Source of the DNA: a bacterium
Lineage (GTDB): Bacteria > Patescibacteriota > UBA1384 > XYA2-FULL-43-10 > JAKAMI01
NCBI GenBank assembly: GCA_021812945.1
Contig: JAKAMI010000004.1
Span: forward strand, 1-47,099
Length of the DNA stretch: 47,099 nt
Direction: 5' to 3'
Shown here: one piece after another, positions 27,121 to 35,806 of the stretch
Layout of the letters: each line of letters begins with the position of its first letter
Numbering within the stretch: the stretch's first letter is position 1
Made by a program: the position numbers and the translations under genes
The notes under the pieces: model-generated
What the model saw: the letters and a program-made list of their open reading frames with translations, nothing else
The model's database searches: none
What the model was told of the DNA's origin: nothing

Positions 27121-27249
27121 TTTTTGCTCCTTTGATTAGTTATTTGTTGAATCTAAATCAAACTCTCGACAAATTCAGGGATTATTGCAGTTCCATCGAT
27201 AATTGTTACTTTCATATTCATAATACTCCTTTAACATACCCAATCCATC

Positions 27250-27336
27250 TTGACAAGGACGTGGAATATCTATATATTTAGTGTTGAATTAATCTCCGGC
27301 CCGAGGTTTATATACCTCACTTGCGGGAGATTTTTT
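27250..27336 (+). ncRNA. Candidate ~50-nt small RNA with its own promoter, convergent with the 27336-27743 ORF
   Basis: TTGACA(27250)-17-TATATT, then AATCTCC..GAGGT-TTATAT-ACCTC..GGAGATT followed by a T-tract. Confidence 0.45.
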
Positions 27337-27743
27337 CATTCCTCCGGGAAAACCGAAATAAAATCTTTTCGTCCTTTGCCGTTTTCTTTTATCTGAACGT
27401 AGAACAGCTCTCCATTCTTGGTTACTCCCCCGAAGCGGTGAACAATATTCTTTTTATTATTGGGATCGGGTTTTGAGATAGGTCTGTAGTGAGAATTTTG
27501 AATGAGTTCAAACGCACAGGAAAGTAATTTCAATCTTCGTAGGCGATCGCGTGAAGTTTTTTGGTTAAGGTGCTCCCAAAACAAATTAATAAAAATCTTA
27601 TCTTTTTTGAAGTAGGGAGATCTCAAATAATTAGTCCTTTTTGACCTCTTTTCGATTTCATGAAAAGCTTTGCGAGCCTTTTTTATAATCTCTTTGTAAC
27701 TCGTGCCTGTCAATTTGCTAGTTTTGGTTTTGTAGAGGACCAT
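27336..27743 (-). CDS. Basic hypothetical protein, possibly RNase-like
   Basis: 135-aa Lys/Arg-rich ORF with FWEHL, RDRLRRLK, HRFGG..ELFYVQIKE..DFISVF. Confidence 0.7.
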   Translation of the reverse strand: MVLYKTKTSKLTGTSYKEIIKKARKAFHEIEKRSKRTNYLRSPYFKKDKIFINLFWEHLNQKTSRDRLRRLKLLSCAFELIQNSHYRPISKPDPNNKKNIVHRFGGVTKNGELFYVQIKENGKGRKDFISVFPEE

Positions 27744-27780
27744 CTTTTAAAAATTTATCGCAAGAATCTGTTTTACGTGT

Positions 27781-28491
27781 TTATTTCTTCCCCGTTGTGA
27801 TCTTTCTCATCGTCTCGCGGTAGGCGATGGCCGGGAGGGAAGCTATATTATCCTCTAAATATTGTAGCACTTCCTTAGGGTTTCGCCTTGAAAGCGAGCG
27901 CAGAAGCCATGAAATAGCTTTGGTTATAAGTACCTTTTTTTCACTTTTTCGCTTGTCGATAGTTCGGTAGGCCAGTTTTCGAAGTTTAGGATCACTCGAT
28001 GTCGAACCGGGCTTCACTTGCAGAACCAGGCTGGCGCGGCGAAGCTGGATGTTTTGGTCGTTTGAAAATTTGATTATGGTTTTTTGCCACTCGTCTAAGC
28101 GGTCTAAAACCTCGTTTTCCCGAAAAAGCGACTGGCAGATCCCGTCGCACTCGGCCCAGCCGGAGGTAGGGCGGAGCCACCGCTCCAACATTTCAAAATC
28201 GATGTTTTCTCTTGTCTTAGCCGAGATAGCCAAAAGTTTGCCGGCGAAATTGACAAACTCGAAAGTATCGGACATTAAAAGTTCGTTCAGCGTTTCGACT
28301 ATCTGCTTGGAGGGAAGCGACTTGATATCTCTTAATGTCTGCCACAAGACCCTGTCGCGATCCGCTGACTTCACATTCAGAAACTTTCTTCTTGTCCCCA
28401 AATATTTCTTTACAAATTCCCGCTCTTTTTCCGTGCATGGCCGAGAGACTTTGGCGAGTTCGTTTTTAATACTGTTAGCGAGTTTGTGCAT
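27781..28491 (-). CDS. DNA alkylation repair protein (AlkD-like)
   Basis: WAECD, LRRASLV, ITKAISWLLR; helical-repeat pattern. Confidence 0.8.
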   Translation of the reverse strand: MHKLANSIKNELAKVSRPCTEKEREFVKKYLGTRRKFLNVKSADRDRVLWQTLRDIKSLPSKQIVETLNELLMSDTFEFVNFAGKLLAISAKTRENIDFEMLERWLRPTSGWAECDGICQSLFRENEVLDRLDEWQKTIIKFSNDQNIQLRRASLVLQVKPGSTSSDPKLRKLAYRTIDKRKSEKKVLITKAISWLLRSLSRRNPKEVLQYLEDNIASLPAIAYRETMRKITTGKK

Positions 28492-28506
28492 TAGGATTAA
28501 GAATTT

Positions 28507-29481
28507 TCACACTCTGCCGGTTATTAAGGCAAGTTCGGCAGCCCGGGTCCAAATACCATTGGCGGCTTGTCTAAATATGGCCAGAGGTTTGTATTTTTCC
28601 GGTTCGATTCGTAACTCATCGACCCGTGGTAGGGGATGGAGAATGGTGATCCGGTCTTTCTCGGCTCGTTGTTTGTTCGCATACTCGATCAAGTTCATAT
28701 CGACAAAGTAGGGCTCTCTTTCAGCCGCTCGTTGTTCTTCTTTGGTCATATATTCTTTCTGGACTCTGGTGCAGTAGAGTACGTCGCAGTTCTGGATTAT
28801 CTTGCGAACATCTGAGGTTTCGATCATCCTGACCTGACTTCGGTACTTCGCCAAAATCTCTTTGGGCATGCGCAAACCCTCTGGCGAGACTAAGTAGACG
28901 GTATTATTTGGCCATTTGGAGATCAGCGGCAAAAGAGAATGGACCGTCCGGCCGTTTTTTAGATCACCCATAAAACAAAAAGACAGGTTTTGTATTCGTC
29001 TCCGTTCATCTATTATCGTTTTTCCATCGAGAATGGCTTGGGTCGGATGCTGATCGGTACCCTGGCCTCCGGAAATGACCGGAGCAAGCGAGCCGCGAGC
29101 CAATTCGTCGACACTTTTCGGAATGGCGCTTCGACAAACTATGACATCGGCCAGGCCGGCGGAATCAGCCGTGCCCCCGACAACCCTACCCGTATCCAAA
29201 AAGGATTCGCCCTTGGCCAGACTACTGGTTTGACTGTCTGCGATAGAAATTACCTGTCCCCCAAGCCGGAGCATAGCCGATTCGAACGAAAGCCGAGTCC
29301 GGGTGGAGGGCTGGGCGAAGACCGTAGCTAGAACGAGTCCTTTCATAACCTGAAGGAGTGGCAAGCGGTCAGTCTTATAAAGTCGTTCGTATTCGGCCGC
29401 CTGATTCCAGATCTGTGTAATCTCTGTTTTAGATAGCTTCTCAATCCGCAGAATGTCTTTTCCGATCAATCGATTTTTCAT
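28507..29481 (-). CDS. pyrB: Aspartate carbamoyltransferase
   Basis: PSTRTRLSF, KGES, HPTQAILD, GDLKNGRTVHSL, TRVQKE, HPLPR. Confidence 0.95.
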   Translation of the reverse strand: MKNRLIGKDILRIEKLSKTEITQIWNQAAEYERLYKTDRLPLLQVMKGLVLATVFAQPSTRTRLSFESAMLRLGGQVISIADSQTSSLAKGESFLDTGRVVGGTADSAGLADVIVCRSAIPKSVDELARGSLAPVISGGQGTDQHPTQAILDGKTIIDERRRIQNLSFCFMGDLKNGRTVHSLLPLISKWPNNTVYLVSPEGLRMPKEILAKYRSQVRMIETSDVRKIIQNCDVLYCTRVQKEYMTKEEQRAAEREPYFVDMNLIEYANKQRAEKDRITILHPLPRVDELRIEPEKYKPLAIFRQAANGIWTRAAELALITGRV

Positions 29482-29683
29482 TTAGCTCGCTTTGGTTTCA
29501 TGTTTCTTTTGCTCATTTTAACACAAATCGATCTTGGAGAATAATTAAGGCGCTTTGATTTTATGACAGAAGTTTATCGTTCCTGAAAAATTGACGGCGA
29601 CTGGGACAAATGAAGATTCATTTGATATAATCAAAAAAAGATCGGATTATTTGTGCTAAGGGTTGAGATAACACGGAGGGATT

Positions 29684-31639
29684 ATGAGAAAGTGGCAGCT
29701 GGTTATACCAGTTTGCGTCGGTCTGGTTCTGCTCGGCGCCGGAGGGTATTTTGCTTACCAGAAATTTTTTAAGAAACACCCCGCGCCAGCGGTCGGGGAG
29801 ATCAAACCGGTAAATCCGACTTTTGATATGATTCACGGCAAGACCATACGCGCCACTGCCGCTTCCGGCGGCAGCGTTTCCATTTACGATGCGAACAAAG
29901 TCGGGACGCTGGTGGAAATCCCGGCGGGGGCTTTGGAGAAAGATGCCGAGATCAAAATCATCCCCATTAAAAAGACCGGAGGTGATATTTCCGGAGTAGC
30001 TATTTTTCCCGAAAACACCCGGTTCAAAAAACCGGTCGGTCTGACCTTTGACTATTCCTTAAGTTCATTCAAAAATGATAAAGCTCCGGAAAACGCCATG
30101 GGCACCGATATCAGGACCAGCGGCAGCTCTCATATCTATCGTTACAATACCGTCTCAACCAGCTTTGTGCCGCAACTGGTGAATCGCAGTACTGAAACCA
30201 AAAGGATGATTACCGCCGAGGTGATGTCGGGAGGGATTTACAACTATGTTCTAGACGATAAAAAGGAGGTTGACCGAGCGAATTATGCTTTGAGTTTTAA
30301 AGACCAGACGGTGCAAACTACGCTCGAAGCCGCCAACTCCTTGTTTGCCAATCACAAAACGGTCACGGGAGATGCAAAAAACCTTTTGAAGAGCGCCATC
30401 GTCCGCGTCAAAGCTAACAAAACCCCGGATATCCTGGAACTTAGCGCGGCTTTAGCGGCCGATAAATCTTTATCCAAACAGAGGTCTTTCCTAATCGAAC
30501 GCGCCCACGCGGATGCTTATGCCGGATATTTGGAGACCATCTGCAAGGATCCGTCAGTCGGTTTGGACCAGGTTCTTTCAGCCTGGAAAACCGCCCAGAT
30601 GGCAGGTTACAATTCAGCTTCGGAGAATTGCAAAACTCGCGTTCAAAACGATGTGGCCAAAAGAGTCAATGCGCTGCTGGACCAGCCGGACCCGAGCTAT
30701 GTCGATCTTCTGAAGGCCAGCCAAGACGTCGAACTGGTCGGTCTGGACGATAAATTTGATGCGGCCATTGCCAAAAAACGCCACGACAAAGCGGTTCGTG
30801 AAGCCCAAGAGCTTCTGAAAGACCCGAGCGTCGACCCCAGAATTATCGCGATAGCCCTGCAAAATATGCAACTTTTTGTTGATGACAAACCGGACCTGAC
30901 GCAAGCCTTGCAAGACAGGATGAATCAGGGGCTGAACACCGATGTGCAGAGAGTCTTAAGTGATCCAAACGCCACCAAACAAGATATCGAACGCGCTCTA
31001 GCTAAAAACGATTTTACCGGTGGCAACGAAGAAACCAAAAAGAAACTGGAAGACAAACTCAAAAACGCCAAAGACGGTCCGGACGCCAAAGTCGATGAAA
31101 CCGCCAACCAACAAGTCGAGGAAGAGATGCCGGCCTTTGACTGGGCTACCATTGGTGTGGCTTTTCTTAAAATGATGGGGGTCGAGGATTTTTCGGAGGC
31201 GGGGCTCAAGTCTTGGGCCGATCAAAAAGCGGCTGAGTTCGAAGAGTTGAAGGCTTATGTATTGGGGGTTTGTGCGTTCGACCAGGCCATGGGCGCCTCA
31301 ATAGATTGTGCCGGATATGAAAGCCAGCTAGATTCCGCTATTGACCAATTCAAAGACGGCATTGACGAGCAAGCCGAGAAGGTTGGCGCCATTCAAGCTC
31401 TTCCCGAAGATCAAGTGGATAACAGCTACGACGGCAACAACAACGAGAGCCTAACCGTGAGCTGTATTTCCAAAGAGGAGGCGGCCCAGATCGATCCGCA
31501 AGGTAAGCTTGGCTACACCGTCTGCCCGGATGAAACCGGCGCCAACGGAAGTCCGGCTGAGCCGGATTCCGGAGCAACTGACAACTCTTCTTCCGCTGAG
31601 TCCGCTTCCGGCGGCGCCTCGACAAACGAGGCTCCCTAG
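29684..31639 (+). CDS. Membrane-anchored extracellular hypothetical protein with a ZU5-like N-terminal beta domain
   Basis: N-terminal TM; VEIPAGAL...PENTRFKKPVGLTFDY; helical middle; Ser/Gly-rich tail. Confidence 0.7.
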   Translation: MRKWQLVIPVCVGLVLLGAGGYFAYQKFFKKHPAPAVGEIKPVNPTFDMIHGKTIRATAASGGSVSIYDANKVGTLVEIPAGALEKDAEIKIIPIKKTGGDISGVAIFPENTRFKKPVGLTFDYSLSSFKNDKAPENAMGTDIRTSGSSHIYRYNTVSTSFVPQLVNRSTETKRMITAEVMSGGIYNYVLDDKKEVDRANYALSFKDQTVQTTLEAANSLFANHKTVTGDAKNLLKSAIVRVKANKTPDILELSAALAADKSLSKQRSFLIERAHADAYAGYLETICKDPSVGLDQVLSAWKTAQMAGYNSASENCKTRVQNDVAKRVNALLDQPDPSYVDLLKASQDVELVGLDDKFDAAIAKKRHDKAVREAQELLKDPSVDPRIIAIALQNMQLFVDDKPDLTQALQDRMNQGLNTDVQRVLSDPNATKQDIERALAKNDFTGGNEETKKKLEDKLKNAKDGPDAKVDETANQQVEEEMPAFDWATIGVAFLKMMGVEDFSEAGLKSWADQKAAEFEELKAYVLGVCAFDQAMGASIDCAGYESQLDSAIDQFKDGIDEQAEKVGAIQALPEDQVDNSYDGNNNESLTVSCISKEEAAQIDPQGKLGYTVCPDETGANGSPAEPDSGATDNSSSAESASGGASTNEAP

Positions 31640-31668
31640 CTCGATTTTGTCATCCTTAAGCTAATTTC

Positions 31669-31778
31669 TGTCATCCTGAGCCTGCGAAGGATCTTATCCC
31701 ATACTTTAGAGATTCTTCACTGCGTTCAGAATGACAGTCAAAAGGTAAAGATTCTTCGCTTTAAGGCTTAAGAATGAC
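31669..31778. repeat. REP/RPE-like palindromic elements
   Basis: TGTCATCCTGAGCCTGCGAAGGATCT...AGATTCTTCACTGCGTTCAGAATGACA, plus a second half element. Confidence 0.78.
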
Positions 31779-31909
31779 AGAACAAGCTACATTTCGCTGC
31801 AAACTAAAAGTAGAATAAAAGCCGCTGCCTATGATGATAACTTATTGCGCATTGATCAGGTTACTTCATAATTTGGTATGAGGATACTTTATTCTCAAAA
31901 GGAGAAATA

Positions 31910-32773
31910 ATGAAAAATGGATTTTCGACCGTTGCAATTATCTTACTGGTGGCTGCCGGCCTGCTTGGAGGCGGGGTAATCGGTTACGAATTTCGCGAGC
32001 CAATAAGGAGAGCTGCTGTTAATGTGGGCTCTTCGCTGGGCATTGCTGATACTACAACTTCCAACAATACAAGTTCAAGTATAGCCTCAACTTCAGCAGT
32101 CCAATTCGAAATTGAGGGGACAACAGCCGAGGTAAATGTATCTTCGGGCACCGTAGTGGTAAATGTTAAAAGCTCGACCGACAATGTCAAAGAGCTGCGT
32201 CTTTCACAGGTTCCGGTGTTGGTTACCGGTTCAACCGGTATAACGTTTGGTGATAACAAGAATCTAAAACTCGCCGATATTCCGCTCAACTCAAAGATCC
32301 ATATTCACGGCTCATTAGTCAGCGGGATTTTTGCCGCCAGTAAAATTGAAATCCAGAAAGAGGACTCTTCGACCGAAGCGGCAACCGACCAATCAACAGA
32401 ATTTGAAATCCAAGGGACGGTGCAAAGTGTTGCTTCAGACGGGGTTACCCTGGCTGTGACCGCGGCTAACAAGGCGGTTAAAAATCAAATCGGGGCTACG
32501 GTTACTTTGAAGGTGACTTCGGTGACTTCAATAGAGAAGAATGACAGTCATATAGCCGTTACCGGTCTGGTTGTTGGGGACAAGCTCAAAGCGGAGGGTA
32601 AAATCATCTCCGGTTTTTACACCGTTTCCAGCATCGAGGTTAAAGTTACCGAAAAGGCCGATACGATTTCCGAGTCGACAAACCAGACCGAGGCCGACAA
32701 ACAGGCTGCTGAAAAAGCGGCTGAAGCAGCCAAAAAGGCCGCCGAAGCTGCCGCCGAGGCACAAAGCAACTAG
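31910..32773 (+). CDS. Secreted or anchored protein with two DUF5666-like OB domains
   Basis: FEIEGT and FEIQGTV repeats each ending ASKIEI or VSSIEV; Ala/Glu/Lys tail. Confidence 0.72.
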   Translation: MKNGFSTVAIILLVAAGLLGGGVIGYEFREPIRRAAVNVGSSLGIADTTTSNNTSSSIASTSAVQFEIEGTTAEVNVSSGTVVVNVKSSTDNVKELRLSQVPVLVTGSTGITFGDNKNLKLADIPLNSKIHIHGSLVSGIFAASKIEIQKEDSSTEAATDQSTEFEIQGTVQSVASDGVTLAVTAANKAVKNQIGATVTLKVTSVTSIEKNDSHIAVTGLVVGDKLKAEGKIISGFYTVSSIEVKVTEKADTISESTNQTEADKQAAEKAAEAAKKAAEAAAEAQSN

Positions 32774-32792
32774 ATTTTGGCGGTGTATTTGC

Positions 32793-32828
32793 TATGAAAA
32801 AAGGCCCTTTTTGGGGCCTTTTTTCATA
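32793..32828. terminator. Bidirectional intrinsic terminator
   Basis: TATGAAAAAAGGCCC-TTTT-GGGGCCTTTTTTCATA. Confidence 0.85.
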
Positions 32829-32885
32829 GTCTTAGTACGCTACCTTCAAGCTCAAAGGTTTGAGATAAAAGGGGCGAGCGAAAGA

Positions 32886-33194
32886 CTACTCGCCTTCCGC
32901 CGGAGAGCACTGACCACCTTGGCCGTGCTGATCTGTCGAGGAATCACGCGGGGCAACGACCCACTCTCCGGTGGCGAGCCGGACGCAGGGGAGGTTTCGG
33001 GAACGCCGTGGTATCGGAGGAGCGCTCAGATCGGGGACCATTTCTCCGCTTGGGAGCCTCTTGCAGGGGTATATGGGCACATCGAGAGGCAGCGTGTAGG
33101 CTGCGCAGACGTCTTCGGGCGGCGGGGCGCCGGTGTTGCCGAAGAGATGACGGCGGGAATCATCAAGTTGCTTCTGGAATTTGGTATTATACAT
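32886..33194 (-). CDS. Pro-rich hypothetical protein with an internal repeat
   Basis: GAAGGAGG RBS; TTGACA-17-TAAACT promoter; PCKRLPSGEMV / PCVRLATGEWV repeat. Confidence 0.6.
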   Translation of the reverse strand: MYNTKFQKQLDDSRRHLFGNTGAPPPEDVCAAYTLPLDVPIYPCKRLPSGEMVPDLSAPPIPRRSRNLPCVRLATGEWVVAPRDSSTDQHGQGGQCSPAEGE

Positions 33195-33354
33195 GACAAC
33201 CCTCCTTCACTATAAGTTTAACAATAATTTGAGACTTGTCAAAAAGGGATATTTTTAGTATTGTCGTAGTGTCGTTCCCGAGTAGCCCCGATGTTTCGAT
33301 CGGGATCCCGACAAGCAAAGCTTCGTCGGGACTCAATGGGATCAAAAATGTTAT

Positions 33355-33658
33355 TCCCGAGTAGCTCAATGGCAGAGCAAACGGCTGTAGACCTATTGCA
33401 GCTCTTACAGGAAACTGTAAGATGAACTTTTTGGGATAACGGTGAAGGCTAAATTTTGTGTCATTCCCGCGAAGGCGGGAATCCACTCAACATGCTAATA
33501 CCGTGGGAACCCCGAGGAATCGGGGAGCGCCGTAGAGACTAGATACCAAAACACCTAAAATCGAAAGATCATGGTGAAGATATAGTCCACGCCATTATGA
33601 AAATAGTGGATAAAGTGTAACCGTTAGGTTGTCGGTTCGAGTCCGACCTCGGGAGCCA
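33355..33658 (+). tRNA. tRNA-Asn(GTT) interrupted by an intron (exons 33355-33388 and 33618-33658)
   Basis: Joined exons give TCCCGAG/CTCGGGA acceptor stem plus GCCA, GCTC/GAGC D-stem, AACGG-CTGT^TAA-CCGTT anticodon arm, GTCGG-TTCGAGT-CCGAC T-arm. Confidence 0.93.
33389..33617 (+). ncRNA. Group I self-splicing intron (229 nt)
   Basis: 5' exon ends in U, which pairs with G in P1 (GCUGU|A...UGCAGC); intron ends in G; R/S core GTAGAGACTAG and AAGATATAGTCC. Confidence 0.88.
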
Positions 33659-33662
33659 TAAT

Positions 33663-33690
33663 AAAATGATCACCTTTGAGTGGTCATTTT
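33663..33690 (+). terminator. Hairpin terminator after tRNA-Asn
   Basis: AAAATGATCAC...GTGGTCATTTT. Confidence 0.65.
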
Positions 33691-33754
33691 GTTATTCAGG
33701 CTTGAGAGAAGTTGGGAAAATTGATATGATCAGACTAGGATTAATGAAAAACTT

Positions 33755-34177
33755 ATGGATGAGCACAAAATTCGTATCTCGGCCAAGTGTTTTTGTTTCG
33801 ACAGCCAAGGCAAGGTTTTGCTAGTCAAAAGCAACCAAGGTGATTTCTGGTCTACCCCGGGCGGGGGAGTCGAGGAAAATGAAAGCTTGACCGCGGCGGC
33901 AAAAAGAGAGGTCATGGAGGAAACCGGCTACACCGTTAAGGTTGATCGGTTTGTCTTTATTCAAGATTATCAGACTAAGACATATAAAATACGCAATATA
34001 GAAGTCTTCTTTGTCGGCAAGATCGATGAGTCAATACCCCAGGCCACCGAGTACGACCACGAGTTTCGGTTTTTCACCGAAGAAGAATTCCTTAAATTGG
34101 TTTTTCGGCCGGAGGGAGTAAACCCGTTCAAACTGAGAGAAGTGGAAGGGGTGGAGTATGGCACATACCTTCGGTAA
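33755..34177 (+). CDS. NUDIX hydrolase
   Basis: Nudix box GGGVEENESLTAAAKREVMEETG. Confidence 0.92.
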   Translation: MDEHKIRISAKCFCFDSQGKVLLVKSNQGDFWSTPGGGVEENESLTAAAKREVMEETGYTVKVDRFVFIQDYQTKTYKIRNIEVFFVGKIDESIPQATEYDHEFRFFTEEEFLKLVFRPEGVNPFKLREVEGVEYGTYLR

Positions 34178-34191
34178 ATATCAATGTTGAA

Positions 34192-34323
34192 AAACTCTAA
34201 ACCCCAAACTCTAAACTCTAAAGAAATTCAAAAGTTAAAAATTACAAATCCAAAAATTTTTTAAGTTTTTTTGATTTTATTATTTTGAGTTTTTTTAGGA
34301 TTTAGAATTTAGAGTTTAGGATT
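34192..34323. repeat. Inverted arrays of AT-rich ~7-mers (AACTCTA / TAGAGTT) with no gene between them
   Basis: Left AAACTCTAAACCCCAAACTCTAAACTCTAAA; right TTTAGGATTTAGAATTTAGAGTTTAGG. Confidence 0.65.
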
Positions 34324-34338
34324 TCCCGAAGGGATAAT

Positions 34339-35055
34339 ATGGCGATAATTGTTGCTTTCTTCACAATTTGCTTCACGCTTTTAGGCGGTTTGTTTGCCCT
34401 AAGGCTCAAAGATAAACTCCACCTAATTTTAGGTTTCTCGGCCGGAGCGGTTTTGGGCGTGGCTTTGTTTGATCTGATCCCGGAGTCAATAAATCTAGCC
34501 CAAAGCGGGTTCAATATGGAGACGGTGACTTTGTTTATCGCCGGCGGTTTCGCCTTTTATATGGTCCTGGACAGATTATTTTCTCTGCATCTCCACGGCG
34601 AGGATGAGTGTTGTAAGGAAAGCCATCGAGGGACATTGGGCGCCTTGACGCTCTGTTTTCACAGCTTTTTGGACGGCTTGGGTATCGGTTTGGCCTTCAA
34701 AGTCTCACCGGCCATCGGCTGGGTAGTAGCAGCGGCGGTCCTTAGTCACGATTTTTCCGACGGCATCAACACCGTAAACATGATTTTGAAAAATAAAGGT
34801 GGGGTCAAGCAGGCTTTCCGCTGGCTGGTCTTCGATGCTTTGGCTCCGGCGTTTGGCGTTTTGGCGGCCTTCTCATTTACCCTCAAAGAATCGACGCTCG
34901 GTCTCTTGCTGGCAATCTTTGCCGGTTTCTTTCTCTATATCGGCGCCGGCGAGCTGACCCCCGAGAGTCACCACCGGCATCCGACTTTCCTGACCACTCT
35001 GATGACGATCTTCGGCATTGTAGTCATCGGCTTGGCCATCCACTTTGCGGGGTAA
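34339..35055 (+). CDS. ZIP-family metal transporter
   Basis: GFSAGAVL, HSFLDG, HDFSDG, His-rich loop, PESHH. Confidence 0.9.
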   Translation: MAIIVAFFTICFTLLGGLFALRLKDKLHLILGFSAGAVLGVALFDLIPESINLAQSGFNMETVTLFIAGGFAFYMVLDRLFSLHLHGEDECCKESHRGTLGALTLCFHSFLDGLGIGLAFKVSPAIGWVVAAAVLSHDFSDGINTVNMILKNKGGVKQAFRWLVFDALAPAFGVLAAFSFTLKESTLGLLLAIFAGFFLYIGAGELTPESHHRHPTFLTTLMTIFGIVVIGLAIHFAG

Positions 35056-35058
35056 TTT

Positions 35059-35103
35059 GGAGCCCACGCTTTAGCGTGTTAACAGCCTAAAGGCTGGACT
35101 CAA
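35059..35103. repeat. REP-like element (GAGTCC..CTTTAG / CTAAAG..GGACTC family)
   Basis: GGAGCCCACGCTTTAGCGTG..CAGCCTAAAGGCTGGACTC; related copies at 39019-39174. Confidence 0.6.
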
Positions 35104-35191
35104 AAGAATCGATAAGGGTTTATCTGGATTAAGATATTTGCTACTATAAAAGTAAGCGGAGGAGAGTATCAAAAAAAGATCAAAATTCTAT

Positions 35192-35806
35192 TTGTATGGT
35201 ACGCTGGTCATCGTTTTTGCTGCGCTTTTGTCTGGTTATTTTTATTTGCCAAGTATTTTGGGCGACACGGTTTATCCTTTGCAGTACACCGATTCTATTA
35301 TCAAATGGTCGGCGGCTCACAAGGTCTCGCCAGACTTGACCGCCGGCATCATTTACCAGGAAAGTCATTTTAACCCCCAAGCCGTATCGGGGCCGGGGGC
35401 ACGGGGCTTGATGCAGATTATGCCCACAACCGGAGCCGGTATCAACAAAGCTTTCAACGTTCCGGGTTACAACGCGGATAAGCTCTACGATCCCGACATC
35501 AGTATAATGTTCGGTACTTGGTATATCAGCACCTTGATCCAGCGATATGACGGCAATACCGCGGCCGCCTTGACGGCTTACAATGCCGGCAGCGGGGCGG
35601 TTGACCACTGGTTTTCACTCGGGTTGTTTAGCGGCGGCAACAGCTACTCCAAGAGAGTTTTGGAGTATCAAACCATTTACCGCAATTACTACGGCCGCGA
35701 ACTTTTCGGAGTCAATTTCAAAGAACAAGCCATCGAAAAACCAAAACCGAGCTTTCTCTGGAGCCGGATGATCCAGGACTTGGTGGGACTGAGGTACGGG
35801 ACGTAG
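35192..35806 (+). CDS. Lytic transglycosylase (SLT domain)
   Basis: IIYQESHF, GARGLMQIMPTT, AYNAGSG; N-terminal TM; start uncertain. Confidence 0.9.
   Translation: MYGTLVIVFAALLSGYFYLPSILGDTVYPLQYTDSIIKWSAAHKVSPDLTAGIIYQESHFNPQAVSGPGARGLMQIMPTTGAGINKAFNVPGYNADKLYDPDISIMFGTWYISTLIQRYDGNTAAALTAYNAGSGAVDHWFSLGLFSGGNSYSKRVLEYQTIYRNYYGRELFGVNFKEQAIEKPKPSFLWSRMIQDLVGLRYGT

Noticed and set aside
27144-27212. 22-aa ORF MNMKVTIIDGTAIIPEFVESLI with an RBS
   Set aside because: Too short to support; may be a gene remnant
33187-33486. 99-aa minus-strand ORF starting MDSRLRGND
   Set aside because: It is the translation of the palindromic repeat and the antisense of the tRNA and intron
35168-35191. Non-canonical ATC start for the SLT gene, giving a basic N-terminus
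   Set aside because: SD spacing is very short; cannot be resolved from sequence alone
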